The translations under genes and the position numbers were made by a program. Below the pieces are notes generated by a model that was given only the letters and a program-made list of their open reading frames with translations, had not been told where the DNA came from and did no database searches. This document shows, piece by piece, positions 45,716 to 56,206 of a DNA stretch of 64,000 nucleotides. How positions within the stretch are numbered: the stretch's first letter is position 1; each line of letters begins with the position of its first letter. Location of the stretch: the sequence record PV662128.1; one strand, 5' to 3'.

Positions 45716-46164
45716 GTAGAAAATCTATTGTATTGCGTCTTCCGGCTTCAACTGTTGCCGACCTCAAGGAATTCGACGAAGAGGCACAACTTCTTATTCT
45801 CACAGCCTGCCTCTCACTCGCCAAACGACCCACTCAGGAACTCGTTAAGGAAGACGAAGACACCGATCCTCGCTCCATCATTTCCAAAGAGGTCGATGAT
45901 ATTCTCGACACCATCGACGATAACTTCGAAGAGGCTGACGACGGAGACGAGGATGAGGAATCTTCTGAAAACCGTAAAGATGAGCAGCGCACAGTGATCC
46001 ATCAGCAAATGGCAGACTTTATTGAAGAGTTTGTTGGGCTACTGGTTGATCCGGAAACTGAGAATTATGGCGTTTTCAGCGCTATCGTTATGGACGATCT
46101 CAACACACCTATCAGCTGGGCCGCTGATGACAAAACTGGCTTGACCACGATTGTATACGGCTGA
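45712..46164 (+). CDS. Acidic hypothetical protein
   Basis: ATG 45712 overlaps the upstream stop; D/E-rich. Confidence 0.65.
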   Translation: MSRKSIVLRLPASTVADLKEFDEEAQLLILTACLSLAKRPTQELVKEDEDTDPRSIISKEVDDILDTIDDNFEEADDGDEDEESSENRKDEQRTVIHQQMADFIEEFVGLLVDPETENYGVFSAIVMDDLNTPISWAADDKTGLTTIVYG

Positions 46165-46167
46165 CAG

Positions 46168-46200
46168 TAATCCTCCTACCCCATTGGGGTAGGAGGATTA
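46168..46200. terminator. Bidirectional terminator
   Basis: taatcctcctacccc/ggggtaggaggatta between convergent genes. Confidence 0.8.
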
Positions 46201-46219
46201 GCTTGTTTATTTTTTTTTT

Positions 46220-47512
46220 CTAGAAAAGTGAATCGTAAAGATTAAGCACTGTTGTTTCTACTTTAGAAACGTGGGCGTTTTTCATCTTAGTCAACATAAA
46301 CCGGGTTGGGATGTTAACGACCTCACTACTTAAACGACTGGCCGATTTACCCAAAGAAACCCCGCAACAAACTTTGCAATGGTTATCTTCTTTTGTCTGA
46401 CAGAGATAAGGAACGCGCATCTTAACCGTACTACCTATCATTTCGGTCTCAGTGCCTTCCAGAACGGTCGGTTTACCATTCTTAAGGTAATATCCCCCCT
46501 TCCAGTTCTTGAGGCTGTAAGGGTCGATATAGACGTCTTCGGTATAGGTTGTTCCGCAATCGTCTTCAGCTACAACGATTCGTGAGGTTAACCGCATCAG
46601 TTCTTTAACCCCAGCGCCGCCTTCACCCGTTGCCTTACCACGGTCATAGGACGCGGAAACTGCGGTATTGATGTAGTGGGTGATTTGATCGTAATTCCAA
46701 ATCTCATTAAGGGGTTGTTTTATCAGAATAAACTCACCCGTGTTAAAGTCCCTTTCCAGACCAAAGACCAGGAACATTTTCTTACGGGCGTTATCGATAA
46801 ATTTCTTATCGATGAAGAAGTCAGAAGAAGCGCCGTTCAATTGCTCTTCCATGTCGAGGTCTACGATCTGTTTGATGATGTTCGCTGCGACAATGGGGTC
46901 GTTTAACTCATGAGCGTGCTCTTTAAATAATCTTTCTCTTAGTGCAATGACTGCTTTACTTACGGTAACTGCTTGAATGCTACCCGCTTTAGTAAAGATA
47001 TCATTTAACCCCATCAGATAGTTGGCTTGTTTCGTAACCTTGAGGCATTCGGTTACGCTTGCTTTATCGGCCGGTATCACTTCACCCGGCTGAGGGTCGT
47101 CTACCATTAATTCGGCGATGACGTCTTCCACTAATCTACCGGTTATGAGTTTATTGTGATACGGGGTTCTGTTTTGGAATACTTCCCAGAAAAGACATCT
47201 ATTAAGTAACAAGATCCCCATTGTGGTGGTGATGCTCCCCTCAATACTCGGGTGCCATTTATTATCTATCACCAACTTCTCGTGTTTGTAGAATAGAGGG
47301 TACGCGAGATCCCCTTCTATTTCTATGGTATCTCCGTCATCGTTATAACACCAAAGTCCGTTAGGGCTGCGATGAAGGAACCAGGGAGTTTTACCTAACA
47401 GAGTCTCGTTCTTTACATTATCAGTAAGAACGGAGAAGGTGCTCAGTATCCAGAGTTTCTTTTGATACATACGCCTTTCAAAACACTGGAAGAGGTAATC
47501 GATCTTATTCAT
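46220..47512 (-). CDS. Virion RNAP beta-prime subunit (phiKZ gp80-like)
   Basis: SYDRGKATGEGGAGVKELMR (bridge helix), EDDCGT, Zn site C..HCKVCCG, TKMKNAH. Confidence 0.85.
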   Translation of the reverse strand: MNKIDYLFQCFERRMYQKKLWILSTFSVLTDNVKNETLLGKTPWFLHRSPNGLWCYNDDGDTIEIEGDLAYPLFYKHEKLVIDNKWHPSIEGSITTTMGILLLNRCLFWEVFQNRTPYHNKLITGRLVEDVIAELMVDDPQPGEVIPADKASVTECLKVTKQANYLMGLNDIFTKAGSIQAVTVSKAVIALRERLFKEHAHELNDPIVAANIIKQIVDLDMEEQLNGASSDFFIDKKFIDNARKKMFLVFGLERDFNTGEFILIKQPLNEIWNYDQITHYINTAVSASYDRGKATGEGGAGVKELMRLTSRIVVAEDDCGTTYTEDVYIDPYSLKNWKGGYYLKNGKPTVLEGTETEMIGSTVKMRVPYLCQTKEDNHCKVCCGVSLGKSASRLSSEVVNIPTRFMLTKMKNAHVSKVETTVLNLYDSLF

Positions 47513-48389
47513 TGGTTAACCCCAGTTTTTTCACTAATCCGTCGGCGTAGTACAGGCTTTCCACGTCAGAGAAATCTTCCCCTAAGCGAGCAGAAAGTTT
47601 ATCAAGGAAACTCTCATTAGTGATCCCGCTACAGAGCATCAAGGAAATGATCTCTTTAATGTATTTTTTAGGTTCGTTCTCTTTCATCTCGTTGAGGCGG
47701 TCAAGATAATACTTATAAATGACCAGCCACCCGATTCCTAATTTACCTGCGCTAACTACGTGCTCCCACGCCAACGTTCCGCGTAAGAATTCTTTGTTAC
47801 CCCTGACTCGGCCGCTGACATATTGAGGAACTTCAACATCGGCATCAGGATTAATCAACGACGTTCTTAAAACCTCTAACAGATGTTCAGATACGTCGGA
47901 GATGATCATCTCATACAGGCTGGTGTCTTCCAGATCAAGGAGCTTTTCGATCACCGCTATGAAACGATCTTTTGTTTCTAAGTCGGTTGCTTCCAAAATA
48001 ATACTTAAGGACAGAAGGTCCTCGTAGCCATCAAGAATATAAGCGACGTCGATGATATTAGTGAGCAAGGGAAGATGATCTATGGTGACTTGATCTTTAT
48101 CTATTTCAACGCCAAGCTCTGTAATGATTTGAATACTATTAGCGATGAGGATATCCCTTACTGCGTTAGTCTGTTCCGTAACTGTCATTCCTTCATCAAT
48201 GAGTATTTCCAGGATTTGACTTTGTACGGTTGTTTCTTCCTGACTAATCGCAATTAAATTATACGCTTTATCGAATGTATTGAAATTAAATTCGGTAATG
48301 GATTTAGCAAAGGCCAACCAGGTTTCTCCTAACTCAGATGTCAGGATACTGGCTTCAGTGAGGTCTATTGCTCGTTTTTCAAAAATCAT
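47505..48389 (-). CDS. Conserved hypothetical (virion) protein
   Basis: Coupled to the vRNAP gene; 294 aa. Confidence 0.65.
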   Translation of the reverse strand: MIFEKRAIDLTEASILTSELGETWLAFAKSITEFNFNTFDKAYNLIAISQEETTVQSQILEILIDEGMTVTEQTNAVRDILIANSIQIITELGVEIDKDQVTIDHLPLLTNIIDVAYILDGYEDLLSLSIILEATDLETKDRFIAVIEKLLDLEDTSLYEMIISDVSEHLLEVLRTSLINPDADVEVPQYVSGRVRGNKEFLRGTLAWEHVVSAGKLGIGWLVIYKYYLDRLNEMKENEPKKYIKEIISLMLCSGITNESFLDKLSARLGEDFSDVESLYYADGLVKKLGLTNE

Positions 48390-48411
48390 GGTTTAACCCC
48401 TGCTAAAGGTC

Positions 48412-49140
48412 GTGGGTAATAGGAGACATAAAATGCGTAGTAGCCAGCAGAAAGCCAAGGCTAGTCAAAAGAAAGCGATCAAAAATACTCAACGCAAGAA
48501 AAACTGCAGCGGAAAGAAGATCGTTTTAACTAAGAAACAGAAAGAAAGAAAAATGATTGAAACGGTCACCGCTATGGCAAAAGCCGGGGATGTCTCCAGT
48601 GTTCAATTACTGGCCGCAGCCAGTGCCAAAGCTAAGGGTGTTAAATCGGGAGAGCTTAAGACCAAGCAGCTTATCGAGTTGGTAGATGAAAATATTCAAC
48701 AACTCATTATCTCTCACGCTCTCGTGGAAGGCGTTGCTGAATGTTTAGATGAAGGGCTTATCGAAGATCCCGATAACGCCATCTCTGATAAAGTCAAAGA
48801 ATGCGACGAATTGACTGTGCGTTGGATGGAAGACGCTAACGCCGTTATTGCGCTCAGCCACACCGAACTTATTCCGGAAGATTACGTCGATATGGCCATC
48901 AGCTTTATGGCCAGCACTATCGGTATCATGTCCGATAGCTATCCTCGGCTCATCGAATTAACCGAAGATATGAAATCAGTCATTAATAAGAAAATGACTG
49001 AGATCATCGATGCGGTGAAAGATGACTATCCGGACGCTACCGAATTCGAACAGGTCTCCAAAATTCACCAGAAGCGAATGATGGAAATCATGCCGCTTTA
49101 CGGAACCCCAGCGCCTGTAGAAGAAACTGAAACCGTTTAA
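48412..49140 (+). CDS. Hypothetical protein; start uncertain
   Basis: Long ORF with a basic N-terminal extension. Confidence 0.65.
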   Translation: MGNRRHKMRSSQQKAKASQKKAIKNTQRKKNCSGKKIVLTKKQKERKMIETVTAMAKAGDVSSVQLLAAASAKAKGVKSGELKTKQLIELVDENIQQLIISHALVEGVAECLDEGLIEDPDNAISDKVKECDELTVRWMEDANAVIALSHTELIPEDYVDMAISFMASTIGIMSDSYPRLIELTEDMKSVINKKMTEIIDAVKDDYPDATEFEQVSKIHQKRMMEIMPLYGTPAPVEETETV

Positions 49141-49157
49141 TCATAGGACCGATATTT

Positions 49158-50774
49158 ATGTCTGAAGAAAACAACATTCCGGCCCAAGGGACGGCGCACG
49201 ACAAGAACAACCACACGATGAGTCAGTTCCAGGAACCCAAAGATCTCAAGTTGGGGGTGTTCGATCCAAAAGAAGATAATAATTTCATTAAGGTCTTCTT
49301 AGGTGTTGACTCAGAAGAGTACAAGAAACTCTCTGGGCTTATCTCAAGATGGCTAGAATACAACTTCGTCCTCAACGAACCCAATGCCAAACCGGCTCAG
49401 ATTAACGCGGTTAAAGATAAATACTTCGGGTATCTTAAAGAACAGTACCCGAGCAAAACAGAGGAAGAGGTTAACGAGCTGGCTCAGTCATACTACAGCT
49501 TCGCAACCAACTTCACTGAAAATCTGTACCGCCGGAACGAAACCGTTAATGGGGCGAAAACGACTAACGTCTCTTTAAAAGCCCAGGGTATCGTCGAGGG
49601 AGACATTGTTGGTCGCGCGCCAGGAATAGGTAAAAAACTCCCTATGCGCGACATGATGCGTCGTCATTTCCGTCGCACCACTAACGAAGCAGAAAACTTC
49701 GATGTTCTCCTGCGTAACTCATTTATTCAGTTGCGTATTTCTCGCCCGACCATTCTGGAACTGGGACGTCTGCTGGAAGATATTCAGCTCGAAGTGAAAA
49801 ACTACGTTCGTCAGGTTAATGGTAATTCATTAACTCTCGCTCGTGTTTCCATTGCGCGGGTTATTTGGAAATTCGTTTCTGATCGTATCGTATCCTGCTC
49901 CGTCAAAGATACTGACGATTATTACGATCTCGCCAACAATATCCTTTGGAGTGACTTCGGTGCACTTTGCATCTCGTTACTTTCCGCTTCGTCCTCTAAG
50001 GGTGTGAATCTTCAACTCGAGTGTCTTGCGAACAACTGTGATTGGGAGGAGTATCAGGTTGTAGATCCTTCTCTCTTACTTCGTCCTATTCCTGAGAATC
50101 TTTCAGAAGAGCAATCTATCGCTCTGGGTAATATCGTTAACGGGGTTCAGCGCTATTCCCGTGAAGAGATTACTAAACTTCAGAATAAGACCAAGTACGA
50201 TTTCGATACCAAATTGGTATTCGACGAAGGTCGTCAATATTTCGAAATCGCTCCGCCGACGCTGTCCGTTGCGTTTGAAACATTCGACATGTTCGTCGAT
50301 AAAGTCATTCCCTCGATCCAGCAATTGCGTGCCAACACCATCAACGATCAGGAATATGCTGTTGCGCTGGCTAACCTTATCCAGAGTATCGCCGGTAGCG
50401 AATACGCCCATTGGGTTAAATCCTACGTGATCAATCCGGAGAGCGGCACGGATGGCGCGCCTACCAAGTACGATCGTTTGGGTGAAGGCGGGTCTCGTGA
50501 GTTTAATGAAGGCCTCTTCGATATCCTCGATAGCGATGTGAAACTTTCCGAAGAACTCATCAAAAAGATCAACCGTATCGGTCCGTCGATGACACTCACC
50601 ATCATCGGGGTGCCGAACTACCATTGTCCTCGTTGTGCGAAATCAAGTTCTGAAAGCGGCATCACTTATAAAGGCATCACCCCTATTGATCCGCTTATGG
50701 CTTTTTTTACCCTAACCCAGTTGATGTTTATGGATCGGGTGGTGAATCTAAGCGGGCTCGACGCAACCCCTTAG
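49158..50774 (+). CDS. Conserved chimallivirus protein with Cys pairs, possibly baseplate hub assembly
   Basis: AGGA RBS; CLANNC and CPRC; function is inference. Confidence 0.6.
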   Translation: MSEENNIPAQGTAHDKNNHTMSQFQEPKDLKLGVFDPKEDNNFIKVFLGVDSEEYKKLSGLISRWLEYNFVLNEPNAKPAQINAVKDKYFGYLKEQYPSKTEEEVNELAQSYYSFATNFTENLYRRNETVNGAKTTNVSLKAQGIVEGDIVGRAPGIGKKLPMRDMMRRHFRRTTNEAENFDVLLRNSFIQLRISRPTILELGRLLEDIQLEVKNYVRQVNGNSLTLARVSIARVIWKFVSDRIVSCSVKDTDDYYDLANNILWSDFGALCISLLSASSSKGVNLQLECLANNCDWEEYQVVDPSLLLRPIPENLSEEQSIALGNIVNGVQRYSREEITKLQNKTKYDFDTKLVFDEGRQYFEIAPPTLSVAFETFDMFVDKVIPSIQQLRANTINDQEYAVALANLIQSIAGSEYAHWVKSYVINPESGTDGAPTKYDRLGEGGSREFNEGLFDILDSDVKLSEELIKKINRIGPSMTLTIIGVPNYHCPRCAKSSSESGITYKGITPIDPLMAFFTLTQLMFMDRVVNLSGLDATP

Positions 50775-50821
50775 AACTGACTACCTTTACAAACTCGCCT
50801 GATTATCTGCAGGCGAGTAAA

Positions 50822-51211
50822 ATGTTCTTAGGGAAGTCTATCAAAATGATCACCCCCACGGAACTCAACGTTATCGATAGCAAATTAAATCGCATCGGTA
50901 TGGGGTATGTGGGGCTGAGCAAAATGACTCCCTTCGATCCTATCAGTTGGGTAGAGGAAGAACATGAGTACACTCACCCGTTTAGTCTTCAACGCCGCTT
51001 TTACGACTACGGTTATTTCCGCCTAAAAGAAATCTTTACGTTAAATGAATACTTAAACATGGAAGCTTACCTTTTGGATAAAGCAATGAAATATATTCGT
51101 TTAGGGGCCGATTCCAGATTGAAAGATGAAATCAGAGCCAATAAAGATAAGGGTGAACCAGAAATGGGCGAGGTCGAAAAAGTGATGAAAAACCTATTAG
51201 GTAGAGGATAA
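50822..51211 (+). CDS. Conserved small protein
   Basis: Follows 49158..50774; 129 aa. Confidence 0.6.
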   Translation: MFLGKSIKMITPTELNVIDSKLNRIGMGYVGLSKMTPFDPISWVEEEHEYTHPFSLQRRFYDYGYFRLKEIFTLNEYLNMEAYLLDKAMKYIRLGADSRLKDEIRANKDKGEPEMGEVEKVMKNLLGRG

Positions 51212-51216
51212 TTATT

Positions 51217-51798
51217 ATGTCTTATTCTAAACCTTCAAGTACCTCTATCACTCCAACCAGTAAGGTGATCGAGGAAACTGAAGAAGTCGTTCAGCAACAA
51301 ATCACGTTAGAAAAACAAAACGTCCCTACTGTTGTGCTTGCCAGTGAAATGGTGGGCTCTAAAAGTAATGCGGTCACCGACGTTTTTGTAGAAGCCCTGA
51401 CACGTTATAAGGATGTCCTGGCAGGTAATCTTGTTCTTAACAAATCCCAGCTCAAAGAAGAGCAGGCTGCGTTTATGAACACAGTGAGTAACACGATGAA
51501 TCTTGAGTTTAAAGATTACGTGTTAACCACTGATGCGTTGGTTCTTTTAATGCGTGATAACAAAGAAGCCTTCAACGAAAAGCGTCTGTACGAACTGTTT
51601 TATTATGTTCAAGGCGACTATTCTAAGAAGGCGGCTGAACGTTACATGAAATACATGTCGGCACTTTATACCCTATCCCAGAACCTTCGCAATCGTTCTC
51701 GGATTGGCAAGATGGTCGACATCGTCAGTCTGTCTTCCGGTTATACGACGAAAGCCGCCACTAACATCCAGAATTACTTTAACCGTAACTATAACTAA
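51217..51798 (+). CDS. Hypothetical protein
   Basis: GAGGA RBS. Confidence 0.7.
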   Translation: MSYSKPSSTSITPTSKVIEETEEVVQQQITLEKQNVPTVVLASEMVGSKSNAVTDVFVEALTRYKDVLAGNLVLNKSQLKEEQAAFMNTVSNTMNLEFKDYVLTTDALVLLMRDNKEAFNEKRLYELFYYVQGDYSKKAAERYMKYMSALYTLSQNLRNRSRIGKMVDIVSLSSGYTTKAATNIQNYFNRNYN

Positions 51799-51802
51799 TC
51801 AC

Positions 51803-51834
51803 TTATCCTCCTTCACTTCGGTGAAGGAGGATAA
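51803..51834. terminator. Terminator-like hairpin with UUCG loop
   Basis: ttatcctccttcac-ttcg-gtgaaggaggataa. Confidence 0.7.
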
Positions 51835-51858
51835 TATGGATTAACTAAAGGATATCGT

Positions 51859-52632
51859 ATGAAAAACGATCACATTGAACTCGTTTTCAACGGGTTGTAT
51901 GACCGCATTAGCGGGAATGAAACGTACGCTTCGCGTTACTTAGGGGGGGTGCTTTGGGCTAACGAACCCAGTCAAATGTTTGTCTCTGGTAATGAAGGTT
52001 TTCTAGATAACGTCTCTGACACGGTAAAGAAAGCCTGGGAATATATCAAGAAATTCCTGAAGTATATCAAAGACACGGTTTCTGCTTTCTTTAAGAGCGG
52101 GAAGATTAAGAATGCTAGTGCGAGTGTGAAAGAATCATTGAAAGTTCCTGAAGCCGATCTCTCTGATTCTGTCGAGTCTAAACTGAAACAAGCCAGTGAA
52201 CGCGCTCAGCAGATTATCGATGCTTTAGAGAATGTAACGAAAGATGGCGATGACATTAAAGATTTCCTGAAAACCGATGAAATCTTTAAACTCGGGCATG
52301 GCGGTTACGTCGCTGTGCTGGAGAAAGAACGCGATCGTCTGGTTAAAGCTCTTAAAGACGTACAAGCGAATCTGCAAAACGATAAACGCCGTGAAGCTCT
52401 CCAGAAGTGCGACACGTTGCTGACGATCATCACTGGGATTAACAACGTCTACGGCACGGGCGCTAATGGGATTCAACGCACCCTAGATGCGATTGAACAT
52501 TCAGATGCTAAGAATGACGACACGAACATGCGTATTAAAACTCTGAAGTGGATACTGAAAGGGTTCGATGCGCTGTGCGCCCAAACGATCAGTGCGACTG
52601 CACTGGTTGAAAAGATTGCCAAGATTAAATAA
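51859..52632 (+). CDS. Putative internal head protein, paralogue of 19956..20951
   Basis: 46 of the first 48 residues identical to the paralogue; two SGNE sites. Confidence 0.65.
   Translation: MKNDHIELVFNGLYDRISGNETYASRYLGGVLWANEPSQMFVSGNEGFLDNVSDTVKKAWEYIKKFLKYIKDTVSAFFKSGKIKNASASVKESLKVPEADLSDSVESKLKQASERAQQIIDALENVTKDGDDIKDFLKTDEIFKLGHGGYVAVLEKERDRLVKALKDVQANLQNDKRREALQKCDTLLTIITGINNVYGTGANGIQRTLDAIEHSDAKNDDTNMRIKTLKWILKGFDALCAQTISATALVEKIAKIK
51865..51944 (+). repeat. 80-bp perfect repeat, inverted relative to 20866-20945
   Basis: Base-by-base comparison with the reverse complement of 20866-20945. Confidence 0.9.
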
Positions 52633-52639
52633 ACTCTCC

Positions 52640-52669
52640 CTACTCCTACTCCCTAGGGAGTAGGAGTAG
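52640..52669. terminator. Perfect 30-bp palindrome / bidirectional terminator
   Basis: ctactcctactccct|agggagtaggagtag. Confidence 0.8.
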
Positions 52670-52672
52670 TTA

Positions 52673-54394
52673 TTAGGCTGCTAATTTTTCGTATATGGCT
52701 TCTATTTCAGTGATGCTTGGGAATCGATGTAACGTTTGACACAAACTCAACGCATTCGCTTTAGGACTGCTCGCATAGTTAACACCCACTTCCCTAAACT
52801 GGAAGCGATTCAATCCTTCTATCTTACACGCTTCCATGCGAGTGGTCTTATTCGATACGTTTAAAGCAACGGTTGCGGTTGGATAAGCACCAGTAACGTC
52901 GATATCATCAGTCAAACCACGACCACGACTTCTTATACTCGGCATGCCGATAAAGAGCGCTTTACCCATGTCCTCATTCTTTTCAGTCTCCAGCAATGCA
53001 ATCCAATCTTTGAGATCTGGTTTAAGATCATCAAGTTCGTCTTTGCTTGTTGTTCCGCGGGTACCCCAAACGTAACCATTGTCTTTGGCAACAAAAGACA
53101 GTTCGTCGGAAATACATTTCGGTTGACTAGGATAGTTAAAGAATTCAGACGATTTCAAAAGCATAGGTAACGAAAGACTTAAATCATCTGTCTTTTCGTT
53201 AAGTTCCTCTATGGTGATGTTATCTTTGATGTTGTATATGCAATATTCAAAGATATGATTCTTTTGCATATAACGGTGCCAGTCGGGAGAACCTGCTGGT
53301 AAGTGACTACCTGATTCGGTATAGAGTTTACCCTCTATCCCATTATCTTGAGCGGTGAATTCCAATCCATAAGAGTCCTTCTTACCCTGAGGTGCGCGTT
53401 TAATCGCATAGAACGAAGCAGCGTCCAACCATTGCCATGACGACATAGCTTGAACGGTAGGGAAGCTTTCTTGCCACTCCAGAGGTTGTTTATCGCCATT
53501 CTCCTTTACCTTATGGGTTCTCCCTTTATTGAACCAATAATTTTGGAATTCTTCAGGAACATTCGGGTCGCTGTAGACCACAGCTGGATCAATGTTGTAA
53601 GCGAGTAACGCATCCTCGTTCTTCTCCATATCGAACTTGGCGTTCCAAGACGCTATCCAATCAGGATGCCAGTCATGCCACCGCGCTACATTACTTTCTA
53701 CTACCTGGGCTTGGTTGTCAAAGAGCTCCCAAATCACAGTCGCGTTACGTCGTTTTAAAACATCTCCTAATAATCGCTCAGCTTCAGATTCTAAAGTCTC
53801 GATAATCTTCTTATCAGACATTCCATTAAAAATCCAACGAACTGCTGAGAAGTAAATCTTTTCTTTAAACGTAGTCGACGCCATAATGATAGAGTCATCA
53901 TTATTGTTGATCATGTTTGTTTCTACGTCATATGCCGCCGTAGTGTAAGATTCAGTTTCTTGGTATTTCGCCTGTGTTCTAAAATAGTAGTTCTTTATGA
54001 GTACCGGAGTGGTTTGCTCGCAACCGTAGACATATGGAGAGTTCTTCATAGTCAGCAGGTCGGCTTTTTTATCAGGGACGCCGTAGAGGATTCGGCTGAT
54101 ATTCATCGCCATACGAGCACGTGTGCTTTTAAAACTATCGCATAATCGTTTGTCGATGTAGTCTTTCTTATCTTTAAACTTACGGAATTTTTCTTTCGTG
54201 ATATAAAAGTCGACAACGAGATCGGGAATACCTATCAGCGAATCAGATCGAGACCCGTCTTCATGGACATTGGTTATTTTAACTAGGTTATAGTCTTTTA
54301 ATTTGTCGTACCGTGATGTGCTGTAAGCAACTTTTTTACAAACTTTTCCAATGATAGGAGAGTCATTTTTTTCTCCTGATCCTAGTGTAATCAT
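52673..54394 (-). CDS. Split family-B DNA polymerase, 3'-5' exonuclease plus motif A subunit (phiKZ gp82-like)
   Basis: ExoI AYDVET, ExoII WNAKFD, ExoIII YNIKD, motif A DIDVTGAYPT. Confidence 0.85.
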   Translation of the reverse strand: MITLGSGEKNDSPIIGKVCKKVAYSTSRYDKLKDYNLVKITNVHEDGSRSDSLIGIPDLVVDFYITKEKFRKFKDKKDYIDKRLCDSFKSTRARMAMNISRILYGVPDKKADLLTMKNSPYVYGCEQTTPVLIKNYYFRTQAKYQETESYTTAAYDVETNMINNNDDSIIMASTTFKEKIYFSAVRWIFNGMSDKKIIETLESEAERLLGDVLKRRNATVIWELFDNQAQVVESNVARWHDWHPDWIASWNAKFDMEKNEDALLAYNIDPAVVYSDPNVPEEFQNYWFNKGRTHKVKENGDKQPLEWQESFPTVQAMSSWQWLDAASFYAIKRAPQGKKDSYGLEFTAQDNGIEGKLYTESGSHLPAGSPDWHRYMQKNHIFEYCIYNIKDNITIEELNEKTDDLSLSLPMLLKSSEFFNYPSQPKCISDELSFVAKDNGYVWGTRGTTSKDELDDLKPDLKDWIALLETEKNEDMGKALFIGMPSIRSRGRGLTDDIDVTGAYPTATVALNVSNKTTRMEACKIEGLNRFQFREVGVNYASSPKANALSLCQTLHRFPSITEIEAIYEKLAA

Positions 54395-54472
54395 GGGCTC
54401 ACCACATTTTATGAATGTTGAAGTTCTCTAAACAATTACGCTTATAGTTATTTTTAACAGAGGCCTTATTAA

Positions 54473-55798
54473 ATGATTGACATCAGTTTTCTCCGTCCTG
54501 CTAAGGTGGGTGGGATGGAGTTTATGGATTTCCAATACACCAATTTCTTCGACGAACTCAGCAGGGCCTTTGATGACGTAATTGTCGAGGGTGAATTAAA
54601 GGAAATTCCTGATGAGGTTCTTGGGCTTGTGCGCAAGTATACCGGATTTAGCAATATCGAAATTAATTTGGTAGAGGTGGGCAATCTTGCTATTGAAGCC
54701 GGATATTTAAACCCCAATAACGTGTTTAATATTGAGGACATTGAAAAATATCTTCCTCGGTCTGAGTCTACTTTGTACCGTTGGTTTACCGGAAATAAAC
54801 AAACGTTCTTTAAAGGTACAATAGATTACCAAACAGGATCCGTTGGCGGCGCTTACGCCGAACTACCCTTCCGTTTATTTATTAATTCTCGCCTTAATAC
54901 CTTTTTATCCAAATCGTTCCTGGACAAGTACAAGGCTAGTCACGGTCAGGCGTTAGCCGCTGCATTTATTCATGAGTTGGGTCACGCATTTGGTGCGATC
55001 ATGATGATCCATCAATCCGTTTACGACGCTATCACCGTAAGAACAGCGGTTGATTTCTTTACTCGGGCTAAAACGCCTAAAGATCGTGTTACCGTAATAA
55101 AGGACGGTTACCGGTTACTCGACCCAGATGCTAAATCCGATCAGAAAATCGAAAGCGAAATCGCGAACGCCGAAGACGGTAACGAATTCGTTATTTTTCT
55201 GTCCAAGATAGCCTCGCAACGTAACCTCAAACGCAGTTTAAGCTTGGGCGTCACTAAGATGAACTCTGAGGTTGTTGCGGACGCTTATTCGGTCAGAATG
55301 GGGTGCGGACGATCTCTTGCCGTGGCAATAGGGTCAATAACCAAGAACAGTCATTTAGGTCAGCTCGTGTTTACTTTAATGCTATCTCTTATGAGTGCGT
55401 TTTACGGAGCTTCTCTTTCTCTTGTCTTCGGCGGTGGCATGGGTATCGGCGCCCTAGTAGTCTTCTCCTTGCTTATCTACATGGGTAACAATACGCCGGA
55501 TGTCTATAATTCAGAACACCGTAGAATGACCGATATTCTTACTCAGATGATCGGTAAGCTGAAAGATAATAAATTTATTTCAGCTCAAGATAAACAAAAG
55601 TACTTGGGTCAGATTATCGAAACTCAGAAACTCATTGATGAGAACAAACCCTTCATTGAGGGTTCCGTTTTCCAATCGATGTGGATGTGGTTAAAGAGCG
55701 GATCCGATGCTAAGTTAACCAATATCGAACATTACACTTCGCTTATTGCTAACAGCAAAACGAATGTATTGTCAGAACAATTTAATTCCCTTTCCTAG
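54473..55798 (+). CDS. Putative virion protein with zinc-metallopeptidase motif and hydrophobic helices
   Basis: FIHELGHA, downstream SEVVAD, two hydrophobic segments near residues 290-330. Confidence 0.6.
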   Translation: MIDISFLRPAKVGGMEFMDFQYTNFFDELSRAFDDVIVEGELKEIPDEVLGLVRKYTGFSNIEINLVEVGNLAIEAGYLNPNNVFNIEDIEKYLPRSESTLYRWFTGNKQTFFKGTIDYQTGSVGGAYAELPFRLFINSRLNTFLSKSFLDKYKASHGQALAAAFIHELGHAFGAIMMIHQSVYDAITVRTAVDFFTRAKTPKDRVTVIKDGYRLLDPDAKSDQKIESEIANAEDGNEFVIFLSKIASQRNLKRSLSLGVTKMNSEVVADAYSVRMGCGRSLAVAIGSITKNSHLGQLVFTLMLSLMSAFYGASLSLVFGGGMGIGALVVFSLLIYMGNNTPDVYNSEHRRMTDILTQMIGKLKDNKFISAQDKQKYLGQIIETQKLIDENKPFIEGSVFQSMWMWLKSGSDAKLTNIEHYTSLIANSKTNVLSEQFNSLS

Positions 55799-55807
55799 AG
55801 GTATGAC

Positions 55808-56206
55808 ATGTCACATTTAGCCCACACCATCACCCTGAAGAGCAAACTCTTAGAGTTGGGGGTTACTGACCCTGCGGATCAAAAACGTATTGTTGAGAAC
55901 GCTTATGTTCGTGCGCTGGTAAAATACCTGTTTACCTACAAATATGTTTTCTCCGGATACACCGAGGAAGTCGAATCCAATATTTACCACCGTCTGGGCA
56001 AGTGGAATGAGATCTCGCCTATTAACGGCCCTTTCATTGTCGAGAAACTCAAAGCGATCGTTCGCAATCTGAAAAACGAAGCTTTGGCAGGCGGTCAGTT
56101 CACCCCAATTAAAAATGCGAACGAAACTTTCGATGAACTGAGTTCGGAAGAGTTTATCAAATTGATGGACTGGTTGTTCGGAGAGATGGTGACCGGTAAT
56201 GACTGA
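55808..56206 (+). CDS. Hypothetical (virion) protein
   Basis: GAGG RBS. Confidence 0.65.
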   Translation: MSHLAHTITLKSKLLELGVTDPADQKRIVENAYVRALVKYLFTYKYVFSGYTEEVESNIYHRLGKWNEISPINGPFIVEKLKAIVRNLKNEALAGGQFTPIKNANETFDELSSEEFIKLMDWLFGEMVTGND

